A DNA stretch of 64,000 nt from an uncultured Thermoleophilia bacterium (GTDB lineage: Bacteria; Actinomycetota; Thermoleophilia; UBA2241), in contig CAWBNR010000007.1 in assembly GCA_963790185.1 (NCBI GenBank), positions 14,832-78,831 of the forward strand. Direction: 5' to 3'. The notes under the pieces are model-generated. The model worked only from the letters and a program-made list of their open reading frames with translations. It was not told the DNA's origin and did no database searches. A program made the translations under genes and the position numbers. The stretch's first letter is position 1; each line of letters begins with the position of its first letter. Below, one piece after another: positions 31,505 through 40,959 of the stretch.

Positions 31505-33420
31505 CAGAACGCCTTCGGCTTGTAGCGCTCGCCGCGCACGGGCGGCAGCGGCGACGTGAGGTCCCCGATGAGGCCCTCCCTCTCCAGGTTGGCGACGCAC
31601 TCATCCAGGCCCAAGTCGAGCAGCACCTCGCGCGAGGGGTTGCCGTCCTTCCCCCAGCCGCGCGCCACGTAGTACTCGTCGAGCATGAGGTCGAGGTCCT
31701 CCAGCGTCAGCCGCGCCCCCTGCCGACGGACCCGAGGGCACCGCCTCTTCGTAGAACCGGGCGTTGGGGTAGTCGTGCTTGCGCCCGGGGCCGCCGTTAC
31801 GCTCGAGGTAGTGGGCGCGATTGAGGTTCCAGATGCTGCTCGGAAAGGCGCAGCGCCTCCTCCAGCGTGAAGTCGCTCCAGCCGGTCATCATGCGGATCG
31901 CCGTCGATGTGCTCCTCGTCGGAGACGTCGACCTCGCCCCAGAAGAGGCGGCAGCACGAGACGGTGTCGAAGAACGGTCGGATGTGCTGGAGGTAGACGA
32001 CGACCTTGGCCTTGCCGGCGAGGACGTTCTTGCCGAGGTCCTCGTCCATGGTGATCGTCCAGGAGCGGTTGTGATGGGCACCGATGTCGGCGGTCATGTA
32101 GGAGAGCAGCATCGCCGGCGCGCCGCGCCCGTCGTAGCCGCTCATGCCCTGTCCCTTGACCTGACAGGCGAGACGCTCGGCGCCTCCCCCGATCTGCTGC
32201 CGCGGCGTCGGCGTACCCGCGCGCGAACGCGTCGCCGATCCCGCGCCGGTGGACGATCATGTCGACGAAGTGCTCGAAGTCCTCGATCGATCCCCAGCGC
32301 ATCTCGTGACCCTCGAGTCTGATCGCGCGTGATGAGACCCTTCTCGTAGCACTCCATGGCGAAGGCGGCCATGCCGCCGCCGGTCATCGTGTCGATGCCG
32401 GCCATGGTCGAAGAGCCAGTTGACGTAGGCGACCTGCTCGATCTGGTCGAAGCCGCAGTTGCCGCCGCACAGCGACCCGGTCTCGTACTCGGGGCCCTCG
32501 ACGTAGACGGTGTCCCGGCCCGGGAGCGACACCTTGGAGTACTTGCCGCAGTTCATCCAGCAGCCGAAGCACGCCTTGTCGGAGACGAGGAGGCGGTCGA
32601 CCAGGACCTGCCCGTCGATCCCTGCGTAGGGCTCGAAGTAGGTGGTCTGGAAGTTGTGCGTCGGGTACACGCCGTGCTCGTTCGACCAGCCGACGAACAT
32701 GGCCGTGCCGTACTTCTGCCACGGCGCCATGTTCGGATGCTGCGCCGTGCGCTTGATGATCTCCAGGGTGCTCGCCTTGAGCGCCGGCAGGTCGTGGACG
32801 GGCAGCGTCTTCGTGCCGCGCACGGCGATCGCCTTGAGCCTCTTCGAGCCCATCACGGCGCCGATGCCGCAGCGCCCCGCCTGGCGGCCGTAGTCGTGGC
32901 CGATGCACGAGAACGTCACGAGGTTCTCGCCGGCCGGTCCGATGCAGGCGATCTCGAAGTCCTCGCCGAGGTCCTTCTTGAGCATCCGCTCCGCGTCCAT
33001 GGTGCCCTGCCCCAGTACTTCGACGCGTCGCGAAGCTCGACCCTGGTCGTCGTCGATGAAGAGGTACGTGGGGGATGCCGCGATGCCCTCGAACACGAGC
33101 AGGTCGTAGCCGGCGAACTTGAGCTCGGGTCCGAAGTGGCCGCCGACCGTGGAGTCGCCGTGGCCGTTGGAGAGCGGGCTGACCGCGCCGAAGCAGCACT
33201 TGGCGCCCGACGGGGCGAAGTGGCCCGACATGACCCCGGGGGTGACGACGAGCCGGTTCTCGGGCCCGAGCGGATCGGCGCCGCGGGGGACCTCGTCGTA
33301 GAGGATCTTGGCGACGAAGCCGCGGCCGCCCAGCCATGCGCGGGCGAACGCCGGATCGAGGGGCGCGCTGGCGATCGCGCCCGTGTTCAGGTCGATGCGA
33401 AGCGTGTTGCCGCCGAAGCC
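31504..33420 (-). pseudogene. Tungsten-containing aldehyde:ferredoxin oxidoreductase (AOR family), split by at least 5 apparent frameshifts
   Basis: MVPGFGGNTLRIDLNTG N-terminus, ...CGKYSKV..., C-terminal LDLMLDEYYVARGWGKDGNPSREVL; pieces lie in ORFs 32257-33798, 32142-32405, 31889-32302, 31797-32081 and 31504-32145. Confidence 0.7.
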
Positions 33421-33425
33421 TGGGA

Positions 33426-33869
33426 CCATGCCGGCTCTCCCTACTCCGCCCGCACCAGGGCGCCGGTGTTGCAGACCTCCGTGCAGGCCCAGCAGAAGTC
33501 GCACTTGAAGGGCACGCTCGTCGTCACCCTTCATGAGGACCTCCTCCGGGCACGCGTCGAAGCACGCGCCGCACTGCTGCAGAGTTCGCCGTCGACGACA
33601 TACACGCCGTCGTCCCTCTGCGAGATCGCCTCCGTCGGACACGCGTCGGCACAGTCTCCGCACTGGTCGCACACGTGCGGCACGTACTTGCCGGGCGAGG
33701 GGAACAGGGCCTCGATGCGGAGCCGGGAGCGCCGCGGATTGGTGTCGCCGAACTTCTCGATGGCGCAGATCTGCCGGCAGAGCCGGCAGCCCGTACACGC
33801 CTCAGGAGTGACCTGGATCCTCACCGGCAGCCTCGCCGTCCAAGCTTGGACACTGTCTCCGGAAATCAT
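33426..33869 (-). CDS. 4Fe-4S ferredoxin / polyferredoxin (AOR electron-transfer subunit, AorA-like); one apparent frameshift
   Basis: CTGCRLCRQICAI, CDQCGDCADACP, CQQCGACFDACP, CDFCWACTEVC cluster motifs; immediately upstream of AOR. Confidence 0.6.
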
Positions 33870-34096
33870 AGTGCAAGCCAGTGACGTCGCCAAGCGGGTT
33901 CGCGGCGACCACTTTCCTGCCCGGCCGATATTCCCCTTGGCTGACGGAGAGGTACATAATGCTGCCGCGACCAGTGGCACGGAGGGGCGCGCGACTCGTT
34001 CTCCCGTTTCGGCGTGCTACGGCCGCGATGGAGCCCTTTCGCGCCGTGAGCTCTGAATGGGTCGAAGGGGGCGATCACCCGCACTGGAGGATGTCC

Positions 34097-35404
34097 ATGC
34101 GCAAGGTCGGAATCCGCAGAGAGGACAAGGACGCCTGGGAGGCCCGTGTCCCCCTTGTCCCCGACGACGTGAAGGGTCTCGTCGCTGGCGGTGAGACGAC
34201 GGTCTGCGTACAGTCGTCGGCGCAGCGCGCGTTCGCCGACGACGCCTACGAAGCCGCCGGCGCCGCGGTCACCGAGGACCTCGACGAATGCGACATCGTG
34301 CTCGCCGTCAAGGAGATCCCGGAGACCCAGTTTCGGCCCGGCAAGACCTACGTGTTCTTCTCGCACACCATCAAGGGGCAGCCGTACAACATGGACATGC
34401 TGCGCCGCATGATGGAACTCGGCTGCCAGCTCCTGGACTACGAGCGCATCGTCGACGAGCACAACGTGCGGCTGATCTCGTTCTCGCGCTTCGCCGGCAT
34501 CGCCGGCGTCGTCGACACGCTCTGGGCTCTGGGCCGCCGGCTCGAGTGGGAAGGACTCTCGCCCAACCCGTTCGCCGGCCTTCGTCAGACCCATGCGTAC
34601 GGCGACGTCGGGGCGGCGCTTCGCGCTGTGGCCGAGTGCGGGGAGCGCCTCGCGGCCGAAGGCGTCCCCGAGGCGCTCCATCCGCTGGTGATAGGCGTGA
34701 CCGGCTACGGCCGGGTCTCGCGCGGCGCGCAGGAGGCGATCGACGCGCTCGACCCGGTGACGGTCACGCCCGACGGTCTCGAGGCGCTGGTCGCCGACCC
34801 ACCGCCGGAGCAGCGCGCGTACAAGGTCGTCTTCCGCGAGGAGGACACGGTCACGCCGAAGGAGGTCAGCGGCGCCTTCGACTTGGACGACTTCTGCCGC
34901 CACCCGGACAAGTACCGGGGGACGTTCGCTCGCTTCCTGCCCTTGCTGAACGTCCTGGTCAACGCCGTCTACTGGGAGGAGCGCTACCCGCGTCTGGTCA
35001 CGAAGGCGGACATACGCGAGCTGTGGGCGCGGGACGAGCGGCCGCGCCTGACTGTGATCGGCGACGTCACCTGCGACATCGGCGGCTCGGTCGAGTGCAC
35101 AGTCAAGGACACGCACGTCGACGAGCCGGTCTACGTCTACGACCCGGTCGACGATGTCATCCGGGACGGCGCGGCCGGCAGGGGGGTGGTGGTGATGGCT
35201 GTCGGCAACCTGCCCTGCGAGCTGTCGCGCGACGCCTCGGAGGCGTTCAGCCACGTGCTCGCGACCTTCATGCCGGCGCTCGCCGCCGCCGACTTCTCGG
35301 TGTCCTTCGACGAGCTCGCCCTGCCGGGCGAGCTCAAGCGGGCGTTGATCCTGCATCACGGCGAACTGACGCCGGACTACGAGTACCTGAGGAGCTTCCT
35401 GTGA
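34097..35404 (+). CDS. Lysine-ketoglutarate reductase-type saccharopine dehydrogenase (AlaDH/PNT-fold, L-lysine-forming, LKR)
   Basis: Lys1/LKR-like AlaDH-fold N-terminus (LAVKEIPETQFRPGKTYVFFSHTIKGQPYNMDMLRRM). GGAGG ribosome-binding site before the ATG at 34097. GTGA overlap with the next gene. Confidence 0.7.
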   Translation: MRKVGIRREDKDAWEARVPLVPDDVKGLVAGGETTVCVQSSAQRAFADDAYEAAGAAVTEDLDECDIVLAVKEIPETQFRPGKTYVFFSHTIKGQPYNMDMLRRMMELGCQLLDYERIVDEHNVRLISFSRFAGIAGVVDTLWALGRRLEWEGLSPNPFAGLRQTHAYGDVGAALRAVAECGERLAAEGVPEALHPLVIGVTGYGRVSRGAQEAIDALDPVTVTPDGLEALVADPPPEQRAYKVVFREEDTVTPKEVSGAFDLDDFCRHPDKYRGTFARFLPLLNVLVNAVYWEERYPRLVTKADIRELWARDERPRLTVIGDVTCDIGGSVECTVKDTHVDEPVYVYDPVDDVIRDGAAGRGVVVMAVGNLPCELSRDASEAFSHVLATFMPALAAADFSVSFDELALPGELKRALILHHGELTPDYEYLRSFL

Positions 35405-36735
35405 AGAAGATACTGGTCCTCGGCGCGGGCATGGTCTCGGGCCCGCTGGTGCGCTATCTGCTCGATCGTCCCGACCTCGAAGTGACCGTCGCCGACGTCG
35501 AGGCCGAACGCGCGAGGGCCGCCGTCGCGGGATCCGCTCGAGGGAAGGGGCTGGAGGTCGACGTCGGCGACCGGGCCGTCGTCGGCGGCCTGATCGACGG
35601 GTGCGATCTGGTCGTCAGCCTGCTGCCCCCCGACATGCACGTCGCCGTCGCCAAGCATGCCTTGGAGGCGAAGCGGCACTTCGTCACCACGTCCTACGTC
35701 AGCGAAGAGATGAAGGCGCTCGATGGGGACGTGCGCAGGGCCGGGCTGATCTTCCTCAACGAGGTCGGCCTCGACCCCGGCATCGATCACATGTCGGCGC
35801 TGCGCATCATCCACGGCATCGAGGGTCGCGGCGGCACGGTGACCTCGTTCCACTCGTACTGTGGGGCGCTGCCGGCCCCGGAGGCCGACACGAACCCCTG
35901 GGGCTACAAGTTCTCCTGGAGTCCGCGGGGCGTGATCCTCGCCGGGCGCAACAGCGCGCGGTATCTCGAGGACGGCGAGGAGAAGCTGCTGCCCGGCGAG
36001 CGACTCTTCTCGCGGCACTGGCTCGTCGACGTCAAGGGCTTCGGTGAGTTCGAGGCCTACTACAACCGCGACTCCATCCCGTACGTCGAGGCCTACGGGC
36101 TCACCGGCGTGCGCGACATGTTCAGGGCCACGCTCAGGTATCCCGGGTGGAGCTATACCATGCAGAAGCTGGCCGACCTCGGCTACTTCGACCTCGGCGA
36201 CCTCACGCCGTCTCCCGCGACCTACGCCGACCTCACCGCCGCCCTTGCGCAGGTCCCGGCAGGTGGCGGCCTCGCCGCCCGGGTCGCGGAGATCCTCGAC
36301 ATCGACGTGGCGTCGGACACCATCGCGCGCATGGAGTGGCTCGGCCTGTTCGCCGATGACCCGATCCCGTGGGACGACGTCCCGACGCGGTCGCCGCTCG
36401 ACGCGCTCGCCTCGCGGATGCTCCTGCTGATGCCGCTCGTGAAAGGCGAGCGCGACCTCTGCATCATGCAGCACGAGATCGTCGGGGAGTATGCGTCAGG
36501 GACGCGCGAGGCGATCACGTCGACGCTCGTCGCCTTCGGCGAGCCCGGCGGCGATTCGGCCATCGCACGGACCGTCGGCCTGCCTGCCGCCATCGCCGCG
36601 ACGATGGTCCTCGACGGGCGCATCGCCGACCGGGGCGTCCTCGTCCCGGTGCTGCCGAGCATCTACGTCCCGATCCTCGACGAGCTTGCCGCCTCGGCGG
36701 GCGTGGTGTTCAACGAGCGGACCAGCGTCGTGTAA
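35401..36735 (+). CDS. Saccharopine dehydrogenase (NADP-binding Sacchrp_dh family, SDH)
   Basis: KKILVLGAGMVSGPLVRYL Rossmann N-terminus; GTG start overlapping the LKR stop. The long ORF 34288-36735 is spurious upstream of 35401. Confidence 0.7.
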   Translation: MKKILVLGAGMVSGPLVRYLLDRPDLEVTVADVEAERARAAVAGSARGKGLEVDVGDRAVVGGLIDGCDLVVSLLPPDMHVAVAKHALEAKRHFVTTSYVSEEMKALDGDVRRAGLIFLNEVGLDPGIDHMSALRIIHGIEGRGGTVTSFHSYCGALPAPEADTNPWGYKFSWSPRGVILAGRNSARYLEDGEEKLLPGERLFSRHWLVDVKGFGEFEAYYNRDSIPYVEAYGLTGVRDMFRATLRYPGWSYTMQKLADLGYFDLGDLTPSPATYADLTAALAQVPAGGGLAARVAEILDIDVASDTIARMEWLGLFADDPIPWDDVPTRSPLDALASRMLLLMPLVKGERDLCIMQHEIVGEYASGTREAITSTLVAFGEPGGDSAIARTVGLPAAIAATMVLDGRIADRGVLVPVLPSIYVPILDELAASAGVVFNERTSVV

Positions 36736-36864
36736 GGCACGGTCGAGGAGGGGCGCGGGGGGAGGAGCGCCGACGGCCGCTCCCCATCGACGGCAAGGGG
36801 CTTGTCGCGAAGCCGCATCGAGCCACAGTCGGCGCTTGCCGACTCGGATCGTGCGTCGCTCCTC

Positions 36865-36896
36865 TTGCGGTCGGCTCTGGGGCGCAGTGGTACAAT
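36865..36896 (+). promoter_or_regulatory. Putative promoter for tRNA-Gln/glmU: TTGCGG (-35-like, 20-nt spacer) and extended -10 TGGTACAAT
   Basis: TGnTACAAT at 36888-36896, ~55 nt upstream of the tRNA 5' end. The -35 spacing is suboptimal. Confidence 0.3.
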
Positions 36897-36949
36897 CATC
36901 TGCCCCTCGCGAGGCGGCCTCCGGCTGCCGCGCGACGGCCGCGCCACGA

Positions 36950-37024
36950 TGGGGCGTAGCCAAGTGGTAAGGCACCGGGTTTTGGTCCCGGCATTCGGAG
37001 GTTCGAATCCTCCCGCCCCAGCCA
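36950..37024 (+). tRNA. tRNA-Gln (anticodon TTG)
   Basis: TGGGGCGTAGCCAAGTGGTAAGGCACCGGGTTTTGGTCCCGGCATTCGGAGGTTCGAATCCTCCCGCCCCAGCCA. The cloverleaf is closely similar to E. coli tRNA-Gln; anticodon loop UUUUGGU, 3' CCA encoded. Confidence 0.85.
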
Positions 37025-37068
37025 CCGACCTCGCCGCGCGACCACCGGATGACGACACGGGTGGACAC

Positions 37069-38541
37069 ATGACCGGGAAAGCCACGAGGAAGACCGAGCC
37101 GCTCGCCGTGGTGATCCTCGCCGCGGGGCTGGGCACGCGGATGAAATCGGACGTGCCCAAGGTCCTGCACGAGGTGTGCGGGCGCCCCATGCTGTCGTAC
37201 GTGATCGACGCCGCCTTCGGCGTGTCGGCCGCGCGCATCGTGGTCGTGACCGGCCCCGATCAGGACACGATCGCGGCGGCCTTGCCGGTGGGCTGCGAGC
37301 GCGCGCTGCAACTGGAGCGGCGCGGTACCGGCGACGCCGTACGCGCCGGCCTCGAGCCGCTCGGGGGCTTCGAGGGCGACGTGGTCGTGCTGGTCGGCGA
37401 CGCGCCGCTCGTGGGCGGGCGGTTCCTGCAGGAGCTCGTCGCCGCTCATCGCGCCGCTGCCTCTCGGGCGACCGTCGCCACGGCCGTGCTTGCCGAACCC
37501 GCTCACTACGGGCGTGTCCTGCGCGATCAGGCGGGCGGCGTGACTCGTATCGTCGAGGCGCGCGACGCCGCCGGCGACGAGCTGCGCGTGTGCGAAGTGA
37601 ACACCGGCTTCTACGTGTTCGACGCCGCGCTGTTGCGCGACGTGCTGCCCCGCCTCGAGCCGGTCAACGCCCAGGGCGAGCTCTACCTCACCGACGCCGT
37701 GCACATCGCCCTCTCCGACGGGGTCCAGGTGAACGCCCACGTCGTCGCCGAGCCCGAGGTGATGCTCGCCATCAACTCACGCGTCGAGCTGGCCGAGGTC
37801 AACGCGATCATGCGCCGCCGGCTCCTCGAGCGCCTGATGCTTGCGGGGGTGACCGTCGAAGACCCGGCGACGACTTACGTGGACTGGGGCGTCGAGGTCG
37901 GCCGCGACTCCGTGCTGCGCGCGAGCACGCACCTGATCGGGCGCACCACCATCGGCGCGGCCTCCGAGATCGGCCCGGGCTGCTACCTCCGCAACACGTA
38001 CGTGGGCGACCGGGCGCGCGTCGTCGCCTCGCATCTCTGTGACTGCGTCGTCGACTCCCGCTGCTCGGTGGGCCCCTACGCCTACATCCGGCCCAACACG
38101 GTACTCGCGGAGGGCGCGCGTGCCGGGACCTTCGTCGAGATCAAGAACAGCACGATCGGCGAGGGCAGCAAGGTCCCGCACCTGAGCTACGTGGGCGACG
38201 CGATCATCGGCCGCGGCACCAACATCGGTGCCGGCAACATCACGGCGAACTACGACGGCGAGCTGAAGCACCCGACTCACATCGGCAACGGCGTCCGGAC
38301 CGGCAGCGACACGACGTTCGTGGCGCCGGTCACCGTCGGCGACGGCGCCTACACGGCGGCCGGCTCGGTGGTCACTCACGACGTGCCGCCCGGCGCGCTC
38401 GCCGTCGCCCGTGCTCGTCAGCAGTCGATCCCGGGCTACATCGAGCGGCGCGCGGCTCGGCGCCTGCGCGAGCAGGCGGCCGACGGGGCCGTCGCCGAGG
38501 GCCAGCCGGCCGACGACGCCGGCTCGCCGCCGCAACCGTGA
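37069..38541 (+). CDS. glmU: Bifunctional UDP-N-acetylglucosamine pyrophosphorylase / glucosamine-1-phosphate N-acetyltransferase
   Basis: LAVVILAAGLGTRMKS N-terminus, C-terminal left-handed beta-helix hexapeptide repeats; intact. Confidence 0.9.
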   Translation: MTGKATRKTEPLAVVILAAGLGTRMKSDVPKVLHEVCGRPMLSYVIDAAFGVSAARIVVVTGPDQDTIAAALPVGCERALQLERRGTGDAVRAGLEPLGGFEGDVVVLVGDAPLVGGRFLQELVAAHRAAASRATVATAVLAEPAHYGRVLRDQAGGVTRIVEARDAAGDELRVCEVNTGFYVFDAALLRDVLPRLEPVNAQGELYLTDAVHIALSDGVQVNAHVVAEPEVMLAINSRVELAEVNAIMRRRLLERLMLAGVTVEDPATTYVDWGVEVGRDSVLRASTHLIGRTTIGAASEIGPGCYLRNTYVGDRARVVASHLCDCVVDSRCSVGPYAYIRPNTVLAEGARAGTFVEIKNSTIGEGSKVPHLSYVGDAIIGRGTNIGAGNITANYDGELKHPTHIGNGVRTGSDTTFVAPVTVGDGAYTAAGSVVTHDVPPGALAVARARQQSIPGYIERRAARRLREQAADGAVAEGQPADDAGSPPQP

Positions 38542-38598
38542 CCCGGCCGCTCTGGTAAAATCAGCGTTCGGCCGAGGGCTACCGAAAGAAGGACACGC

Positions 38599-39600
38599 GT
38601 GGCGGACACGACCTACTGCATGTACACGACGCAGAAGCGTCTCATGGTCTTCGCCGGGCGCAGCAACCCCCCGCTGGGCCTTCGTATCGCCGAGAAGCTC
38701 GGCATCAAGCTCGGCGGCGTCCTGCTCAAGACCTTCGCCAACGGTGAGTCGTACGCGCGCTTCGACGAGAGCATCCGGGGCGCCGACGTCTTCATCGTGC
38801 AGTCGCCGTCCGGCGTCGGCCGCCTCAACGACGAGGTCGTCGAGCTGCTCATCATGATCCAGGCGGCCAAGCTCGCCTCGGCACGCCGGGTGACGGCGGT
38901 CGTGCCGTACTATCCGTACGCGCGACAGGACAAGAAGAGCGCCGCTCGCGAGCCCATCACAGCGCGCCTCATGGCCACGCTGCTCGAGGGGGCCGGCGCC
39001 GACCGCGTCCTCTCCATGGATCTTCACCAGGGCCAGATCCAGGGCTTCTTCCAGATCCCCGTCGACCACATGACCGCAGTCCCGATGCTCGCCGACTACT
39101 TCAAGTACAAGGACTTCGGCGGGCGTCCGATCGTCGGTGTCTCCGCCGACGCCGGCGGCGTCAAGCTGGTCAAGCGCTTCACCAACCACCTGCCGGGGGC
39201 GGGTCTCGCCGTGCTGACCAAAGCTCGTCCCGAGCACAACAAGGCCGAGACGATGCACTTCATCGGCGACGTCGACGACAAGATCGCCGTGGTCGTCGAC
39301 GACATGATCGACACGGCCGGCTCCGTCACGAGCGCGGTCGACACCCTCTACGCGCAGGGTGCCCGCGAGGTCTACGTGACCGCGACCCACGGCATCTTCT
39401 CCGGTCCGGCCCGCGAGCGCATCCGCGAGTCGCCGGTCAAGGAGATCGTGGTCACCGACACGCTCGACATCCAGCTCGAACCGGAGGACACGAAGATCAC
39501 CATCCTGAGCGTGGCCGACACACTGGCCAACACCATCAAGAACGTGTTCGAGGACGAGTCGGTGAGCGAGTTGTTCGCCGGCGAGAACCAGCTCTTCTAG
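38599..39600 (+). CDS. prs: Ribose-phosphate pyrophosphokinase
   Basis: LMVFAGRSNPPLGLRIAEKLG, PRPP-binding VVDDMIDTAGS; intact. Confidence 0.9.
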   Translation: MADTTYCMYTTQKRLMVFAGRSNPPLGLRIAEKLGIKLGGVLLKTFANGESYARFDESIRGADVFIVQSPSGVGRLNDEVVELLIMIQAAKLASARRVTAVVPYYPYARQDKKSAAREPITARLMATLLEGAGADRVLSMDLHQGQIQGFFQIPVDHMTAVPMLADYFKYKDFGGRPIVGVSADAGGVKLVKRFTNHLPGAGLAVLTKARPEHNKAETMHFIGDVDDKIAVVVDDMIDTAGSVTSAVDTLYAQGAREVYVTATHGIFSGPARERIRESPVKEIVVTDTLDIQLEPEDTKITILSVADTLANTIKNVFEDESVSELFAGENQLF

Positions 39601-39611
39601 CAGGAGATCCC

Positions 39612-40286
39612 ATGGACAACGTCAGACTTCCCACGCACCCACGTCAAGAGACGGGCACGCGCGCGGCCAAGCGCCTTCGCAAACAGGGGTTCATCCCCGG
39701 CGTCCTGTACGGCCACGGCAAGCCGGCCGTCATGTTCAGCGTCGAGCCCGCCTGCCTGCGCGAGGCGATGTCGAGCGAGGCCGGGCGTCACGCCGTCCTC
39801 GAGGTGGCCCTCGAGGGCCAGAAGCGCACGCATCACGCGATCATCAAGGAGTTGAAGCTCGACCCGGTCAGGCACATCGTCACGCACATCGACCTGCAGG
39901 AGATCCGCCTCGACGAGGTGATCGAGGCGAAGGTCACGGTGCGGTTCGAGGGCACGTCCGAGGGCGAGAAGATGGGCGGCATGCTCGACGAGACGACGCG
40001 CGAGGTGACGGTCAAGGGCAAGGTGACCGAGATCCCCGAGCATCTGTTCATCGACATCTCGGCGCTGACCATCGGCGATGCCCTGTACCTCAAGGACCTG
40101 TCCGTGCCCGAAGGTATCGAAGTGCTGGACGACCTGGAGCAGGTGCTCTGCAGCGTGCTCATGCCGCGCAAGGTCGTTGAGCCGGAGGCCGGGGAGGAAG
40201 AGGAGGCCGCGGCGATTCTCGAGGCCGAGGAGGCCGCCGAGCCCGAGATCATCGGCAAGGGTCACAAGGACGAGGCCGAGGAGTAG
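39612..40286 (+). CDS. rplY: 50S ribosomal protein L25 / general stress protein Ctc
   Basis: RLRKQGFIPGVLYGHG N-terminus, acidic C-terminal extension; AGGAGA ribosome-binding site. Confidence 0.85.
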   Translation: MDNVRLPTHPRQETGTRAAKRLRKQGFIPGVLYGHGKPAVMFSVEPACLREAMSSEAGRHAVLEVALEGQKRTHHAIIKELKLDPVRHIVTHIDLQEIRLDEVIEAKVTVRFEGTSEGEKMGGMLDETTREVTVKGKVTEIPEHLFIDISALTIGDALYLKDLSVPEGIEVLDDLEQVLCSVLMPRKVVEPEAGEEEEAAAILEAEEAAEPEIIGKGHKDEAEE

Positions 40287-40304
40287 GCTGCGGTCTGACG
40301 GTCG

Positions 40305-40907
40305 GTGCGCCTGCGCTCACAGCCGGTCGCGGTCGAGGCGCTCGTCGTCGGCCTCGGCAACCCCGGCCGCCCATACGAGGGCACTCCGCACAACGTCGGC
40401 TACGCGGTCGTCGAACGGCTGGCGCGGCGGCACGGCTTCTCGCGCGCGAAGCGCGCGTACGACGGCCGTGCCGCCGCGGGCCGCATCGCCGGCGTCGACG
40501 TGCTCCTGCTCCAGCCGACCACCTTCATGAACCTCTCCGGTCGCAGCGTCGCGGCTGCAGTGCGGGCCACCCGCGTCGCGCCCGAACGCCTGCTCGTGGT
40601 GCACGACCACATCGATCTGCCGTTCGGGCGTCTGCGCCTGGCGGCCGGCGGCGGCAGCGGCGGCCACAACGGGCTGAAGAGCATCAGCGGGCTGATCGGC
40701 CCTGAGTACGCGCGCCTGCGTGTCGGTGTCGATCGCCCGCCGAGCACCGACCCCGACGTCGTGGCCGACTACGTGCTGAGCCCGTTCTCAGAGACGCGCG
40801 CCGAGGTCGAGGCGCTGGTCGAGCGCGCGGCCGACGCGGTCGAGCTCTGGGTCGAGTTCGGTCTCGATGAGGTCGCGAACCGGCTGAGCGAGCCGCCGGC
40901 GGGCTGA
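40305..40907 (+). CDS. pth: Peptidyl-tRNA hydrolase
   Basis: LVVGLGNPGRPYEGTPHNVG, HNGLKS motifs. Confidence 0.85.
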   Translation: MRLRSQPVAVEALVVGLGNPGRPYEGTPHNVGYAVVERLARRHGFSRAKRAYDGRAAAGRIAGVDVLLLQPTTFMNLSGRSVAAAVRATRVAPERLLVVHDHIDLPFGRLRLAAGGGSGGHNGLKSISGLIGPEYARLRVGVDRPPSTDPDVVADYVLSPFSETRAEVEALVERAADAVELWVEFGLDEVANRLSEPPAG

Positions 40908-40937
40908 GCGGGGCGCTCGGCCGCGGCAGCCCCGCTC
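40906..40937. terminator. GC-rich 9-bp-stem hairpin between convergent pth and dacB (bidirectional terminator candidate)
   Basis: GAGCGGGGC-(14 nt)-GCCCCGCTC starting at the pth stop. No U-tract, as is common in high-GC genomes. Confidence 0.35.
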
Positions 40938-40959
40938 GACCGCGGCTGCCCGCGGTCCC

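Noticed and set aside
34288-36735. 815-aa ORF spanning both the LKR and SDH genes
   Set aside because: Upstream of 35,401 it is an out-of-frame read-through of the LKR gene with Arg/Ala/Pro-rich high-GC junk. Only the segment from the GTG at 35,401 is a credible SDH gene.
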